DNA from: Eledone cirrhosa
Lineage: Eukaryota
Length of the DNA: 64,000 bases
Direction: 5' to 3'
Assembly: GCA_964016885.1 (NCBI GenBank)
Contig: OZ024741.1
Span: forward strand, 320,416,001-320,480,000
The notes under the pieces were generated by a model, which worked only from the letters and a program-made list of their open reading frames with translations, did not search any database and was not told the origin of the DNA. Positions 1 to 15,134 of the stretch are shown here, one piece after another; the first letter of the stretch is position 1, and each line of letters starts with the position of its first letter. The position numbers and the translations under genes are program-made.

Positions 1-168
1 GTGAAGTAAAAGAAACGTCCAATCCCATAGAAGCTGTGATACTTTCTTGCAATTTATTCTACCCTCGTGGTTTTCTTCTTTGTTACGTCAAATAAAATTT
101 CTTTGCCTTCTAAACACAAAGATAACAATAATAAAAATCATTAGTAATACTAGTAGTAGTAGTAGTAA

Positions 169-221
<53 letters not shown>

Positions 222-317
222 TATAGATATTGTTAATGTTACTTTATTGATAACAATAAAGAAAATATATGTAGGTAAGACACGACAAACATATTCATAG
301 GATAGGGAACGAAAGAC

Positions 318-412
<95 letters not shown>

Positions 413-1215
413 CGTGTGTGTGTGTGCGTGCGTGTGTGTGTGAGTGAAAAATAAACGGAAAATCTCCACAGATGATGAAGTCCAATAAAGATATATATTA
501 GATTCACGCTTAATATAGTAGGAACAGTTTTCAATTTTCGGGCGTTATATGTGTGTATATGTACGCATAAAATTCGCCGACAATGACAGGGTGTATAGTA
601 AAACTAATCTAATAATCCTTGGAATACAGCATTGTACTGTACGTGAAGAAGTGAGAATCCCAGCGTTTTCCTTGACCTTTGTCATTTTAAGTCTGTCCCC
701 ACCCAAATAGTTTAACCCCCACCACTATCTATATATCAATCACTATAGCCAGCATCAAATGCTTATCATTTTACTAAGTTAAAGGACTGTTAGTAGAAGT
801 TCTTTGCTGGATCAGTTGTAAATCATCAGGTCAACTTATGTCAGATCATTGAAATTGTATACTTTCTATTACTCCTTCTTCCTGGAATCTTGGCCAATGT
901 CACCACCATTACTGCATTCATCACAGCATCACCATCATCATCAGCAGCATCGTTATCATCATCATCAACATCATCAGTCCTCATACAAATACTATCTCAG
1001 ATTCACACATCTCCATTCCATCGTTGTATAAACACATCAATCATCTATGTTGTCCAGTATATACTGCCTCTTCTTCTTCTAATATATGTATATATATATA
1101 TATATATATATACACACGCAGACACACACACGCACACACACACACATATATATATATATATGTGTGTGTGTGAGTGTGTGTGTACGATGATGATGATGAT
1201 GACTGCTATGGGAAT

Positions 1216-1603
1216 GCAAGCCATAGCCAAACACATCAGGCTAGGGCTTGCGAGGCGAGCGGGACCTTATGCCCGACGATACCAATGCAAGCCTTAGACA
1301 GACGCACAACGTTAGGGTTTACGAGGCGAGCGTGGCTATATGACCAGCGAAGTCGAAGGAAGCTATAGCCACAGACCCACAGCTAGAACTCCCAGGGAAA
1401 GGTGTGATTTATGCACAGTGATGCTGGGGGAAGCTATATCAACTGACAAAAAGCTAGAACTTCCAAGATGAGCTGTATTTTATGCACAGCGATACCGGAG
1501 GAAGCTATAGCCACAAACCCACAGCTAGAGCTTCCATGAGCCGTACTTTATGCACAGCGTTGCTGAAGAAAGCTATCACCATAGACCCATAGCTAGAGCT
1601 TCG
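1216..1603. repeat. Diverged tandem array, 6 units, 71-bp period
   Basis: Units start at 1216, 1287, 1358, 1429, 1500 and 1568, with shared AAGC..TAG..TATG spacing. Confidence 0.85.
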
Positions 1604-1977
1604 TTTAGTTGGCAAAACCAGAAACAAACAAACAATATTCTTCCTCTTGGTGCGAGAAGTTTGAACAATATTTGTCAATGAAAATTAGCAGTTATATAAT
1701 CAGCAGTTGCACCACTAAACCACCGAGACTGTTCGAAATTTTAGACATTTTAAAAAGTTATATTGCAAATATTAACCTTTCGAATCTTTATGGTCTTACC
1801 TATTTTACACTTACGTATTGATTTGCTGAAGTATTTTACATTGTTGGATACCGGGTTCGAATATTCAATCAATTATTAAAGGCTAAAATTTACTTTTATT
1901 TATATAATTATTTTCATTTTTGTCTAAACAAATAACCAATTCTCTCTTTTCTCTCTCTCTTACTCTCTCGCTCTCTC

Positions 1978-2046
<69 letters not shown>

Positions 2047-2087
2047 TGTATATATATATATATATATATATACAGTATATATATACA

Positions 2088-2143
<56 letters not shown>

Positions 2144-2691
2144 ATAGAGAAATTAATGTAAGCAAAATGCCAACAATAATTCAGACATATAAGTGACTAT
2201 AACATCAAGAAGAAAACATGTTTAATGTAAGATGAGGGAAAAGCAATACAATCTTAATTCAAAATAAAATCAAGAAATACTTAACCGTCAATTTGGGGAA
2301 TATATATATATATATGTATATGAAATTTATCAGCTCTGCATATATGCTTTCAGCATCACATTGCATATCTTAATAAGTCCTCAAGTTCAAATTTTGGTCG
2401 GGTCTCCCTATTATCCTTCCGGGGTTGACAACATAAATTGCCAGTTGTTTTTAACTCAAATTCTTAACATTCATCTCTGAAAGCTTTATCGTCTTTCCTG
2501 CTTTATGACTTCCATTAAATATCAATATAATATCCATCCACACACCGGCTTCGTTTATTCTACCATTTATCAGACACTACTTTTAATATTATTTATTTTC
2601 TCGTACAAACAACAAATGATATATATATATATATATATATATATACACTTTCCTTATACTCGTATCGTATAATCAAATATATATATACACT

Positions 2692-2765
<74 letters not shown>

Positions 2766-3371
2766 TTTATATATATATATAAGTTTATATATATTTATAT
2801 GTATTTGTGTGTGTATATATATATGTGTATGTATATATAAGTGTATATATATTTGATTATACGATACGAGTATAAGGAAAGTGTTCAAGCGCAAAAATGC
2901 CATAAAGATTGCTTATAAAATAGGGTGAAGACCTTTAAAAGACGGAAACAGAATTTGCCAATGACCGCAATGCGGAATTGAACCCCATATCTTCCAGATA
3001 TCGTCTAGCCGCTATCTGGCAAATATGGGGTTCAATTCCTCATAGCGGTCGTTGGCAATTTTGTTTCAGTCTTTTAAGGTCCACCCTATTTTATAATCTA
3101 TCATTACAGCATTTCTGCGCTTAAACACTTTCTTTATACATATATTCTGACCGCTTGAAATCCTAAATTTCGGCTACTTTCTTTGTTTTTATTGTTTATA
3201 TTAATTTCTTATTCTTTCTCTAGGACTTCTGATATTTTCTTTGAGACCAACCTTTTTATATTGGCCTTTAAAGTACTACCGTCGACCTCCTCGAGGCCCA
3301 CCTGCCATCAGGCAAGCTAACGACTTTGTCAGTCCGCCACTGTATGTGTGTATGTATGTATTTATGTATGT

Positions 3372-3841
3372 CGCTCTCGAGTGCTACTGGTAACATGTAA
3401 CCCAGTACAACCTGGCTAATGGTCGGGTCGTCAGCGACTAAACCGGCAACCCCACCAAGCTAACTTAGTGAGGAGGGTGATATTTGGACATCCTGTGGGA
3501 TGAAATACAAGACCCGACAAAGGGCTGAGGAACTCAGCAGAGTCAACAGCCATTCAAATAAAAAAAGTTTTTTCGCTTGGGAGTGAAAGGCCCACGGTTT
3601 TTGTTACAACCCCTTTCTAGGAGAGGGAAACTGAAAAAAAAAACCCACGGCTTCGAAATCATTCGATGATGTAGACCAGTTCTCCTTTTTGGGTAGTGTT
3701 TTCGATGCTCAGAGAGTGGGATTGGTTGTGTGCAGGGTCTTTCCTCACTTAAAAAACTTGAAAACGCAAGCATGTTACAGGTTCGCGTGGCTGGTAATCT
3801 GACAAGCGATTGTAGTACTCTTAGCAGAGTTTGAGCCATCA
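3372..3841 (+). mobile_element. ~470-bp non-coding RTE-partner element flanked by (TATG)n
   Basis: The 5' part is homologous to 23330-23540. The 3' end ..GAGTTTGAGCCATCATGTATG resembles the RTE terminus at 20250-20300. TATG repeats on both sides. Confidence 0.6.
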
Positions 3842-4974
3842 TGTATGTATGTATAGGAAGCGAAAGAAAGAGAATGAGAAACATCTATTTTATCATTTTA
3901 TCACTGTCGATCGGCAGAATTATTAGAACTTGTGTTACACTCCTTTACTCTCCCATTTCAAATCCTACCCTGACCAACTTACACTTTTATCCTTTCGTGG
4001 TCGATAAAATAACGTAACAGTTAAGTTCTTGGACTAATTCAATATTCCTGAAAAACTTTCCATATGTGAAAAGATTTATAATAAAAGACTAAGACTAACT
4101 TTGCCTTTCTTACTTTTTTACTCGATAAAATGAAGTATTCGCCGTCGATTTAATATTCCTATGAAATATCCTAGATGTGAATCGAATTAAAAAGAAGATT
4201 AATGCATTTATAAATGTATAATGCATATACAGACATAGAAGTCCCGCATTTCTTTGATTAAATTTATTTCTGAATATTGGCACATTCGGGCACATATTGT
4301 TAATATTGTTCGCAGATCAAAAGTAGTAAGACATACAACATTATATTACATTCAACGAAACAGCCTATTTATATTCATTATTCAAAAAATACTTCAGAAT
4401 TATTTCCTAAACCATGTTTGTAGTTATTGTTTTATTGTTTTTTAGCGGCAATCATCCCTTATCTAGCGGATTTATGATCAAAAACATTCTAGGCGTAGTC
4501 ATAACTTGTTTAATTCAAATATAGTTCACCTCGGATTACCATAAACAAAGTGTCTCTTCTTTTTATAATACGATCGACTGTAATTTGAGAAAAATTTCGA
4601 GTCGTCTGGCCATTGTTTTATCGAGACTATCAACTCACACTCGCCATCCCCACAAGATCCAAAATCATCTGATTAGTCACAGTTTGACCACTTTTATGCC
4701 TCCTATTTTTGATATCAGAAAAGACTAGGAGTGTGCCTGAAACCATACTGGAGGCTACAGTAGAAGACACTTGCCTAAGGTGCCACGTGATTGGACTGAA
4801 TCCGGAAGCTCTTTACCCATAAACCCATGTCATGTTATAATGATAGTCTAATATAATATAATAATCATATAGCATTGTGTTATAAAATACTTATGTGCTA
4901 TTATTAATAATGTTGTTTTCATCGTCGTTGTTGCAGTTGTTATTATTATTGTTTTTGTTTTTTTTAGAGGGGGG

Positions 4975-5130
4975 GGGGTGGATTGGCAATACCGGTAGAG
5001 TGCTTTGTTAACTTTGCCTTCCATCCTTACGGGGTCGATATAATAAAGTACCAGTAACGCGCTGGGGTCGATTTAATCGACTTTCCTCTACCCTTCCAAT
5101 TGTTGGCCTTGTGCCTAAATTAGAAACAAT
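4975..5130 (+). mobile_element. SINE, same family, internally deleted
   Basis: Head start, core and tail present; B-box segment missing. Confidence 0.75.
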
Positions 5131-5238
5131 TATTATTGTTGTTTTTGTTGGTGTTGTTGCACAGTCAGAGGTCACCTCTAGAGAGGGAAGGTGAGAGAGA
5201 GAGAGAGAGAGAGAGAGGGGGAGAGAGAGAGAGAGAGG

Positions 5239-5293
<55 letters not shown>

Positions 5294-5369
5294 GGAGTGA
5301 GAAGGAGAGGGGGAGAAGAAAAATCAACACTAGAGCTGACCTGATACTTCGTTTGTCGATATGATTTCG

Positions 5370-5478
<109 letters not shown>

Positions 5479-6233
5479 TATAGCGATATAAACAGTTTAT
5501 TTGAATGAGAGCATTTGTGAGTATGACTGTACTAGTTTATTAATGGTCAAAATCATATAATTTAATCATGTTTAATACTTTTAATTCTTAGATCTTTCTC
5601 GTGCTTTAGTTATTAAATATACACCACATGATATATTCTGGATGAATTAGTTATTAAAGATAAAATTCGGTCACCCAGACATCTAAATCAAGAAGTATAT
5701 CTGTATCTATCTATTACAAATCTTTAACTAAATCATTATATTCCCACAACACACACACGTGTGTGTGTGTGTGTATGTGTGAGGTGTGTGTGTGTCAGTG
5801 TATGTGTGTGTTTATGGTTTGAATAAGAGAGCTAGTGTAGCTGTCACCTGCACTAATGTTGTACTAGACAGAACTTTATCAGAATCACCATGAGCTAATA
5901 TCGAATCTTATAAAGAACTAATTAATTTATTCATATGCTCGATGGTGTGTGTAAAGGTTTCCTCATACGTTCCAACACTACCCGATGATTTATACCGAGT
6001 ATTGGTTCATGTAAATGTAATCTGACTAAGAGAACATGCCTAGTTCTACAATGAAGCTGAATAAAACCGTACATGGTAAACGTTATCATATAATAGAATC
6101 TGACAATATTGGAATATAATATAATATTATATATAATTAATTAATTCATATTGCCCATGGTGTATTATATAATTTTTCAGCAATACTAATTCCCAAAACC
6201 CAGTCAATCAGATAATTTATTCTGATTATCAGC

Positions 6234-6312
<79 letters not shown>

Positions 6313-6395
6313 GGATATATATATATATAAATATATATATATACGTACATACATATGTGTGTATATATTTATATATAAACACACACACACACACT

Positions 6396-6525
<130 letters not shown>

Positions 6526-6823
6526 GACACAGACACAGACACACACATATATATATATATATATATCAATGATATTAATAAATGGAAACTATACTTATAA
6601 AACCATATTTATTTTATTATATATATTTCAAGGGTACCAAAAATTTGGTACGCCATCATCAGATAAAATACAGAATTTGTTTTATAAATAGTGACCTACC
6701 CCAGAAACCAGACCTTATCGGTTCAGCTTCCCTTTCAATATTATACTCCAGGAAACTTGTTGAGTGCTTCGAATCTATTATAAATAAATTTGTTGAATTA
6801 CTAACAAATTAAATATCTCTTTT

Positions 6824-6881
<58 letters not shown>

Positions 6882-6886
<5 letters not shown>

Positions 6887-7020
6887 TCTACTTTAGGCAC
6901 AAGGCCAGCAATTACCCAGTGCATTACTGGTACTTTATTTTATCGACCCCGTAAGGATGAAAGGCAAAGTCAACCTCGGCGGGATTTGAACTCAGATCGT
7001 AAAGGGGCGTAACTATGCTG
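6882..7020 (-). mobile_element. SINE, same family, 5' truncated
   Basis: Reverse complement of B box, core and tail, between TA tracts. Confidence 0.8.
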
Positions 7021-7021
7021 G

Positions 7022-7078
<57 letters not shown>

Positions 7079-7834
7079 TACTGAGTAGAAAAGCATACGG
7101 GGTTCTGAGTGTACCGAAGATGAATGTAAGCTAAGTAGATATCTTTGTTATATAGCGAGGCAATAAATATGATTATATACAGGATTAATTAAGTCAAATC
7201 ATCAAAGTGTATTACATATCTTCACCTGACACTACACTAATTCCCAAAACGACAGTATCACAATGATCTATTCTGATTAAGAACTCTCATACAAGCAGTC
7301 AGACAGAAAAACAGTATCCTTGGCTCTTATTCACTCTATTTTCAACGAAGCTTAGTGACCTCGTTATAACCGCAAAATAAGTTTAGACGAAGTCTCGAAA
7401 TATACACAATCTTATAGAAATTTAATCAATTCGTATACTCTGTGGTGAATTATATAATTAAAAACAGAGCTCGTATGTGAATATATGAGGAAGAAGTTAC
7501 GATAAAATTTATATGAGTGTTTTGTGCGTTATGTAATTACAAACATAGTTTGTATGTTATAACTGAGGAAGAATATGGAAGGATGTGTGTGTTTGCATGT
7601 GCGTGTGTGTGTGTGTTTGTTGTAGGAAATTACAAATTCTGTTTAGATGTGAATATAAATGGAAGATGAAATAGAATAGCTGCGTATGTGTATGTGTCTG
7701 TGTATGTGTCTGTTTATACTGTTTTATTGGTTACACTTTTTAGCTGATGGCTTTGCTGGAGCAACGCCTTTTAGATTCTAGTAGACAGTGTCAAGACCAA
7801 TATCTATTCTGTCGATTGCAAAGTTGACTTACGT

Positions 7835-8944
7835 TTAAAGGAACACCACAACGCATTCTTGTTCGACAAATGATTGCTTATTTTCGTTGACTTTAGGAAA
7901 GCCTTTGATTCTGTGGACCGTCACTGACTGACGAAGATCTTATAGGCTTATGGAATCCCCAAGAAGATAGTGGACCTGATATCACTGCTCTACACCAACA
8001 CCAAAGACTAAGTCATTACACCTGATGGGATGACGGAGTACTTTGTGATAATGGCTAGAGTGCTCCAGGGAGATACATTGAACCCCTATCTTTTTATCAT
8101 CGTAGTGGACTATTGTATGCGCCTTGCACTGGAGAAACACTGGCTTTACTGTAACACTGGTTCAGAGCAGGAGAGTTAAGACGATAAAGATATCAGATGT
8201 TGAATTTGCCGACGACAAACACAATTAAGGAGGCAGAGGAGTTGATGCAGAAGGTGGAGACTGTGTCGATGAGTGTGGGGCTGAGAATGAATGAGATTAG
8301 GACGAAGTATCTGATAGAGAATATTAAGAAGCCAGAGAAGATTATGAATGTAGGCGGGGAGCCGCAAGAATTGGTTGAGGACTTGTATCTAGGAGCAAAG
8401 ATTGTGAATACAGAAGATGGTGTGATTGAGAGGAAGAGCAAAGCCTGGGCGACGTGCTATAGTTTGAGATCGGTGTGGAAGTCGGACCTTCGTAAAGACC
8501 TGAAGATCCGTCTCTTCGTTGCTGCAGTGGAGTCTGTGCTGCTGTACGGGTCTGAGACTTGGACACTGACCGAGAAACTCAGTCAGATGGTGGATGGGTG
8601 CTACACGAGAATGCTGAGGATGGCTCTGAACATTAATCAATATACACTGAGGATGAAGAACTTAGAGCTGTACGGGAGCCTCTCAAAGGTCAGCTCGAAG
8701 GTAGTACAGAGGAGACTGGGGTTAGCTGGATATGCTCACCGACATCCAGAGTTGAGACTGCACTCAATGCTCCAGTGGGAGCCCCTGCACGGACACACTA
8801 GAAGGGTGAGACCGAGGTTGACATATGTTTATGTCCCAAGAACAGACACAGGCCTCTTGGAAATGCCTGACAGGACAGCAATAATGAGGGACAGAGGCCG
8901 CTGGAGAGAATTCGTCCATAGATCTTGGGAATTTTACCCGCCTT

Positions 8945-8946
<2 letters not shown>
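7835..8946 (+). pseudogene. Degenerate 5'-truncated RTE/RTEX-type LINE RT
   Basis: FVDFRKAFDSVD, VLQGDTL, YLGA, ESVLLYGSETWTL, with stops and frameshifts. Ends at (TA)n. Confidence 0.85.
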
Positions 8947-8978
<32 letters not shown>

Positions 8979-9005
8979 TTATCTATAAAAGGCAGATTGT
9001 TGTTG

Positions 9006-9106
<101 letters not shown>

Positions 9107-9510
9107 TGTGTGTGTGTGTGCATGTTCCATGTTTATACATTTGCACACTTTCAGAACGATTCAACTCAACGTCTGTAAGAATGTTGTAAATGGTCTAACT
9201 TAGGTCAATTACGGAAATATTCGATAAAACTACATACATGCTTACAAATTTCCTTTAGGAACGCCGAAGAGAGTGAGAAGAGAGTGAGGGGGAGAGAGAG
9301 AGAGAACGTTTGTTTTTGAGTGTGGAACGGTCAAACATTTATTTACTTCAATGACAAAGAGAACTTATTACATTTCATACGAAACAACAATTATTCAAAA
9401 CCAACAGATAAAATGTATTCAACACCAACAAAAATAGCGATAATTCTTTTTTTAAAACCTCTCAACGAACGTGGAAGAAAGAAGTATCAGTTTATTTACT
9501 ATACACAATA

Positions 9511-9698
9511 ATATCCTCTATAAGGTCACTAAACCTGTTAGAAACAGCAGCTAACTCTCCCCCATACCACACCACTCCCTACTGTCTTAAATTTCGAAAA
9601 CACATATCCTCTATGAGGTCACTAAAGTTGCTAGAAACAGCAGCTAACTCTCCCCATATCACACCCCTCTCTACTGTCTTAAATTTAGAAAACACACA
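9511..9698 (+). repeat. ~93-bp tandem duplication of an interspersed repeat
   Basis: ATATCCTCTAT..GGTCACTAAA..TAGAAACAGCAGCTAACTCTCCCC..CTACTGTCTTAAATTT occurs twice. Related pieces near 25990, 26345, 26760 and 27160. Confidence 0.7.
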
Positions 9699-9729
9699 TT
9701 AGACAACCATGCAGAACAACTCCATCGCA

Positions 9730-9992
9730 GCTCTGTTGTTCGGCTGGCATCGTCTACGCGCGTGTTGCGCAAGTACTGTGAAACAATAAATTTCAACATT
9801 TCTTTGCACAGAGATAATATTCATAGGCGAAACTTGAATTGTCACTGCTGGCGCAGCCCCTCCTTCGGCAATCCAGGTCTGCAATTCATTCACCCAGTGC
9901 CTGGCAGACAAAAAAGTGCTGCCATAAAATGGGTGGTGCAACCTAACTTTGAAAACTTACTGACCCCGGGCAACACCGGACTTTAATGCTAG
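9730..9992 (+). mobile_element. Helitron-type 3' end
   Basis: CCGGGCAACACCGG hairpin ~8 nt before CTAG|T. The 5' boundary is uncertain. Confidence 0.5.
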
Positions 9993-10513
9993 TATATATA
10001 TATATGTATATACACATTTCTTGGTGTCACACTTTTTATAACTGGTGTGTTTACAGGACCTAATGTAAAAGAAAAAAGAAGGAAGGGATAAGGAATGAAA
10101 GAAATAATGAACTAGCGAAGAGAATATAACAGCCGAAAGATTTTCTTTGCTTTATCCCTTAAAACACGTAAATGATTCGATATCCCACATTTTTGTTTCG
10201 CAAAAACAGAATAAGTTACTTCGAAATGTCAAATCACACTAGGAGATTCCTGTTTGAACCCTTTCTAAATATCTAAATACCGAAGCAAAATTACTGGACC
10301 ATCTTTGGCTTTTAGCTCTTTCGCTTTATCCGGCATTCACTCAAAACTTGCTCTCACGCTATGACAATGATTACAAACAAAGAATATACTGCACGATCAC
10401 CAAGTGAAACTGTATCTTGTATTTCAGATATATTCTTGCTTCCGGCTTATATGATTCATACCATCACGCACACTGACACAAACACGCATGCACAAAAAAG
10501 CACACAGGCAAAT

Positions 10514-11257
<744 letters not shown>

Positions 11258-11398
11258 TATATGTATATCTATGTTTGTGTGTTTGCCTGTGTGCTTTTTT
11301 GTGCATGCGTGTTTGTGTCAGTGTGCGTGATGGTATGAATCATATAAGCCGGAAGCAAGAATATATCTGAAATACAAGATACAATTTATATATATACA

Positions 11399-11491
<93 letters not shown>

Positions 11492-11873
11492 TGCGTGTAT
11501 GTATATATATATAAAAAAGACATAGATTTCGCTTCAAGCATAGCTTTATACAATTTGTATAAATATTTCGTATCTCCAAAGAAATACGGTTTTAGGAAGC
11601 TGTAGCTATGCAAAAAGCGGGGGGGGGAGGGCTAACGCCCTCTGGTGATGTCCAGCAGAAGCAAGTATATATATTCTCGCCTGTCTTCTAGGCCATCAGT
11701 CGCAAGCGGGTGGGAGGGACCGTCCTAACGATGGCCAGTTAGGCTTTGAAATGCATAAACGGTTGTCCCCCTTCTTCTGCTGCACATCACCAGAGAGCGT
11801 TAGCCCCCCAGTGTTTGCATAGCTACGGCTTCCTAAAACCGTATTTCTTTGGAGATACGAAATATTTATACAA

Positions 11874-11914
<41 letters not shown>

Positions 11915-11987
11915 TTATTAAAATAACAGATTAAAGTTTAAGCAAAGAATCGTTGATTTCATCCTTAACGGGATCTTCTAACTGGTT

Positions 11988-12038
11988 AGTTTCAGAAGAT
12001 CCCGTTAAGGGTGAAAGCAGCGATTCTTTGCTTAAACT
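11988..12038 (+). ncRNA. Hammerhead-like fold with CAGAAGA core variant
   Basis: AGTTT-CAGAAGA-tCCC gttaa GGGt-GAAA-GCA..TGC-TT-AAACT. All three stems pair, but core U4 is replaced by A. Confidence 0.5.
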
Positions 12039-12150
12039 TTAATCTGTTATTTTAATAAATATTGGCTCTACGGTTCTTATATATTTGATATATATTTATC
12101 CTTATCGAGCCCTCTTTGGATTTTAGTCTTCAAATTTATTATTATTACTA

Positions 12151-12241
<91 letters not shown>

Positions 12242-12331
12242 TTATTTATTTATTAAAATAACAGATTAAAGTTTAAGCAAAGAATCGCTGCTTTCACCCT
12301 TAACGGGATCTTCTGAAACTAAAAATATCAA

Positions 12332-12391
<60 letters not shown>

Positions 12392-12694
12392 AGTTTATGT
12401 TGGTTGTATACCAACACCTCAGTATGCAGGCTGGAGCACTCGACGAAGTGCGCAGGTTGGTTTGGTAACTCCGGAGTAGTGTAAAATAAAGTTAAATAAA
12501 AGTCAAATGATTAAAATTTAGCTTCGTTTATTACTGCTATATATATTTCAGTGACAGCCATCTTTGGCTGTGACCTCTTCAGGCTCCAGTTCCCCAGTGA
12601 ATTAACAACCCAGCAAGGAACTGGGCATATCAGAGTATTGACAATATCATACACCTAAACAACATATGTACTTGTCTATACCATACTAATTCAA

Positions 12695-12749
12695 ACTGCC
12701 TGAAGAGGTCACAGCCAAAGATGGCTGTCACTGAAATATATATAGCAGT
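12695..12749 (+). ncRNA. Type I minimal hammerhead ribozyme
   Basis: ACTGC-CTGAAGA-GGTCACAGCC aaagat GGCTGTCACT-GAAA-TATATA-TA-GCAGT. Perfect 5-bp stem I. Confidence 0.8.
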
Positions 12750-12793
12750 AATAAACGAAGCTAAATTTTAATCATTTGACTTTTATTTAACTT

Positions 12794-12848
<55 letters not shown>

Positions 12849-13662
12849 TATTGAAGTTTGCTTGAAGCATTGTGGAATAATAAGGTCAATTTCTTTAAGT
12901 TGTTTGGAAGCCTCGACAATGCAGATGGGTAAATCTCCGGGTAACAAGATCCGGTGGTGGAGAGAGAGATGTAAGTCTGTGTATGTTGAGATGCGTGGCG
13001 TGTATAAGACTGTAACGCGTAGAGAATGAAGGAAAGAGCGTAAAGAATAACAATAAAAATAACAACACGAGAAAGAGTTACCTTGGGAGAGATTTAATTG
13101 TCCGATTATATTTCGGATCCACATCCATCAACTGGGGTTTTTCCGGGGGGGGGGGTCTGTCGGAAAGGTGCGAAACGTATCCTCCGCGGTTCGTTGTTTG
13201 AATATCTGAGGTATTCAGAAGAGCGCGCGTGCGCGTGAAATGGGGGTCGGTCAGGCAGAGGTCAGCGGCCGAGGTAGTTCTTTCAATTGTGGGAGTGGGG
13301 TGGCGCTAGCTGTCAGTCCATTCTCTGCCTGCTTGGTGAATATTACTGTGTGTGTGTGTGTGCGTGTGTTGTTGTCTCGCTTGAGTGTGTATGTGTGTGT
13401 GCGTGTGTTGTTGCCTTGTTCCTCTGTATTGGCAGTGTAGTATGTTCGTATGGTGGAATGCTACTGTGCGTCTGTGCGTGTGTTGCTGCATCGTTTGTTA
13501 ACTTAAACCAACCATCTCATTTCTCTTCTCTCGGATCGGCTTTTTAATTGTGGCCCTAGGCGTTTGATCCAAAGTGCTTCCTTGATATGTAACATGCCGA
13601 CGTTTCTTTCTGTTATAAGAATTGTGACAATGGGCCTTCCGTCTTTGTTTCTGCATTTGGCT

Positions 13663-13740
13663 AATCGGAACTGGTACTTTATTTATACGCCTTGACAGCA
13701 TGAAAGTGGGATTTGAACACAGGGCGCAGAGATACTGAAC
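13663..13740 (-). mobile_element. Short SINE-like variant (second copy at 15340-15406, plus)
   Basis: GTTCAAATCCCACTTT..TAAATAAAGTACCAGTTCCGATT is shared by both copies. Confidence 0.55.
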
Positions 13741-13792
13741 AAATACTGAAAAGCATTGTATTCAACTTTTGAAGCCTCAGTGGCTTAAGCGA

Positions 13793-13856
<64 letters not shown>

Positions 13857-14123
13857 GCGCTCATATATTCACCCAGCTTAAGCTGACAGAATAACTATGT
13901 AGCTTGTACCCTTCCTATCTACGGTTAGCTTTCCTCTTTGTTGTTTACTTGTCTCACTCGCTTTACGCGTTTTAATTGTCCTAATAACTTAATTTAGTTA
14001 TTATTGCACCAACGTGAGGTATATGATTTTTAATGCAATGAAATATCTATGATCGTTGGCAAATCACTGATGAGGGACTCATTTTATAACATGTTATCCA
14101 TGTGCAACCTGCATATATATATA

Positions 14124-14182
<59 letters not shown>

Positions 14183-15043
14183 AAAAGACAAATGCTGACA
14201 AATGCTGGCACATACATATTTGTACACAAATATTCCCATACGGCAAGGCCTAATGGATTCCCCTTGCAGTACGTACAATCTGGACACTCACACACACCTT
14301 GGTGTTATGACAATAATATACATCATTTCACCCCTTTTATCATTAATGTTTTTGATGTTCTTTTGAGAGAATCGTTTTTGCAAATTACTGAAAATATCGA
14401 ATAATGTACACCATTTTTACCAGTATCACAAAAATACTGCTCCATCCACACACACACACACACATACACACATGTACACACACACACACATACACTAACA
14501 TACAAACAGACATATACACAAACATATACTTCTCCGTATAAGACAAGAGCTGAAAAATATATTACAACATGTTAAAATATCCCCTACACACGTACAGACA
14601 CATTCCTACTGACCGAATGCCTCTACCACGAACCACTCTGCTACACACACACACACACACGCGTGCGCACCCACATATTTGTCTTAATAGGCATCTGAAC
14701 TGTTAACCTTTCAACATGACTGCAATTCACACACACATCCCTACTGACCATTATCACAACAATGAACCTCTTTACTACACACACACACACATATTTGTCT
14801 TAAAAGACTTATTTTTCAGTGACTTCTCAATCAGGCGAAAAAGGACACTCTTCGACAAACCTTCATTTGGCGCAAAATCAATTTTTAACATTCACGTGAC
14901 CTCTACCGACCAATCAAAATTGTTTTGACTACAAGAATTTTTGCAACACGAATTGGCGCGCAATTTATAGTACTCATTCACGTGACATTCAACAACCAAC
15001 CAAATCTTAATACCTCTGGAGTCACTTTTTTCCCATAAAACAG

Positions 15044-15134
15044 GAAGAATTTCCAAAACTGATCAGATTAGAGCAAACATCACGGCCGCTCTATCTCAAA
15101 ATTATTTTCGAAAAGCATTAGAAATGCGCAACCG
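15044..15134 (+). CDS. Candidate internal exon of an unidentified host gene
   Basis: ctttttttcccataaaacag-type acceptor and CCG|gtaaaa donor; open frame RISKTDQIRANITAALSQNYFRKALEMRN; non-repetitive sequence. Confidence 0.3.

Noticed and set aside
1216-1603. CRISPR-like or tRNA-array interpretation of the 71-bp repeat
   Set aside because: The whole unit is homologous (no unique spacers), the context is eukaryotic with no cas genes, and there is no cloverleaf or A/B boxes.
3262-3325. HDV-like ribozyme hint (GTCG..CCTCCTCG..GCTAACGAC)
   Set aside because: P2- and P4-like pieces are present, but no P1 helix or P1.1 GG could be assigned.
10316-10403. Possible exon (LSLYPAFTQNLLSRYDNDYKQRIYCTIT)
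   Set aside because: Weak donor (gtgaaa) and no recognisable homology.
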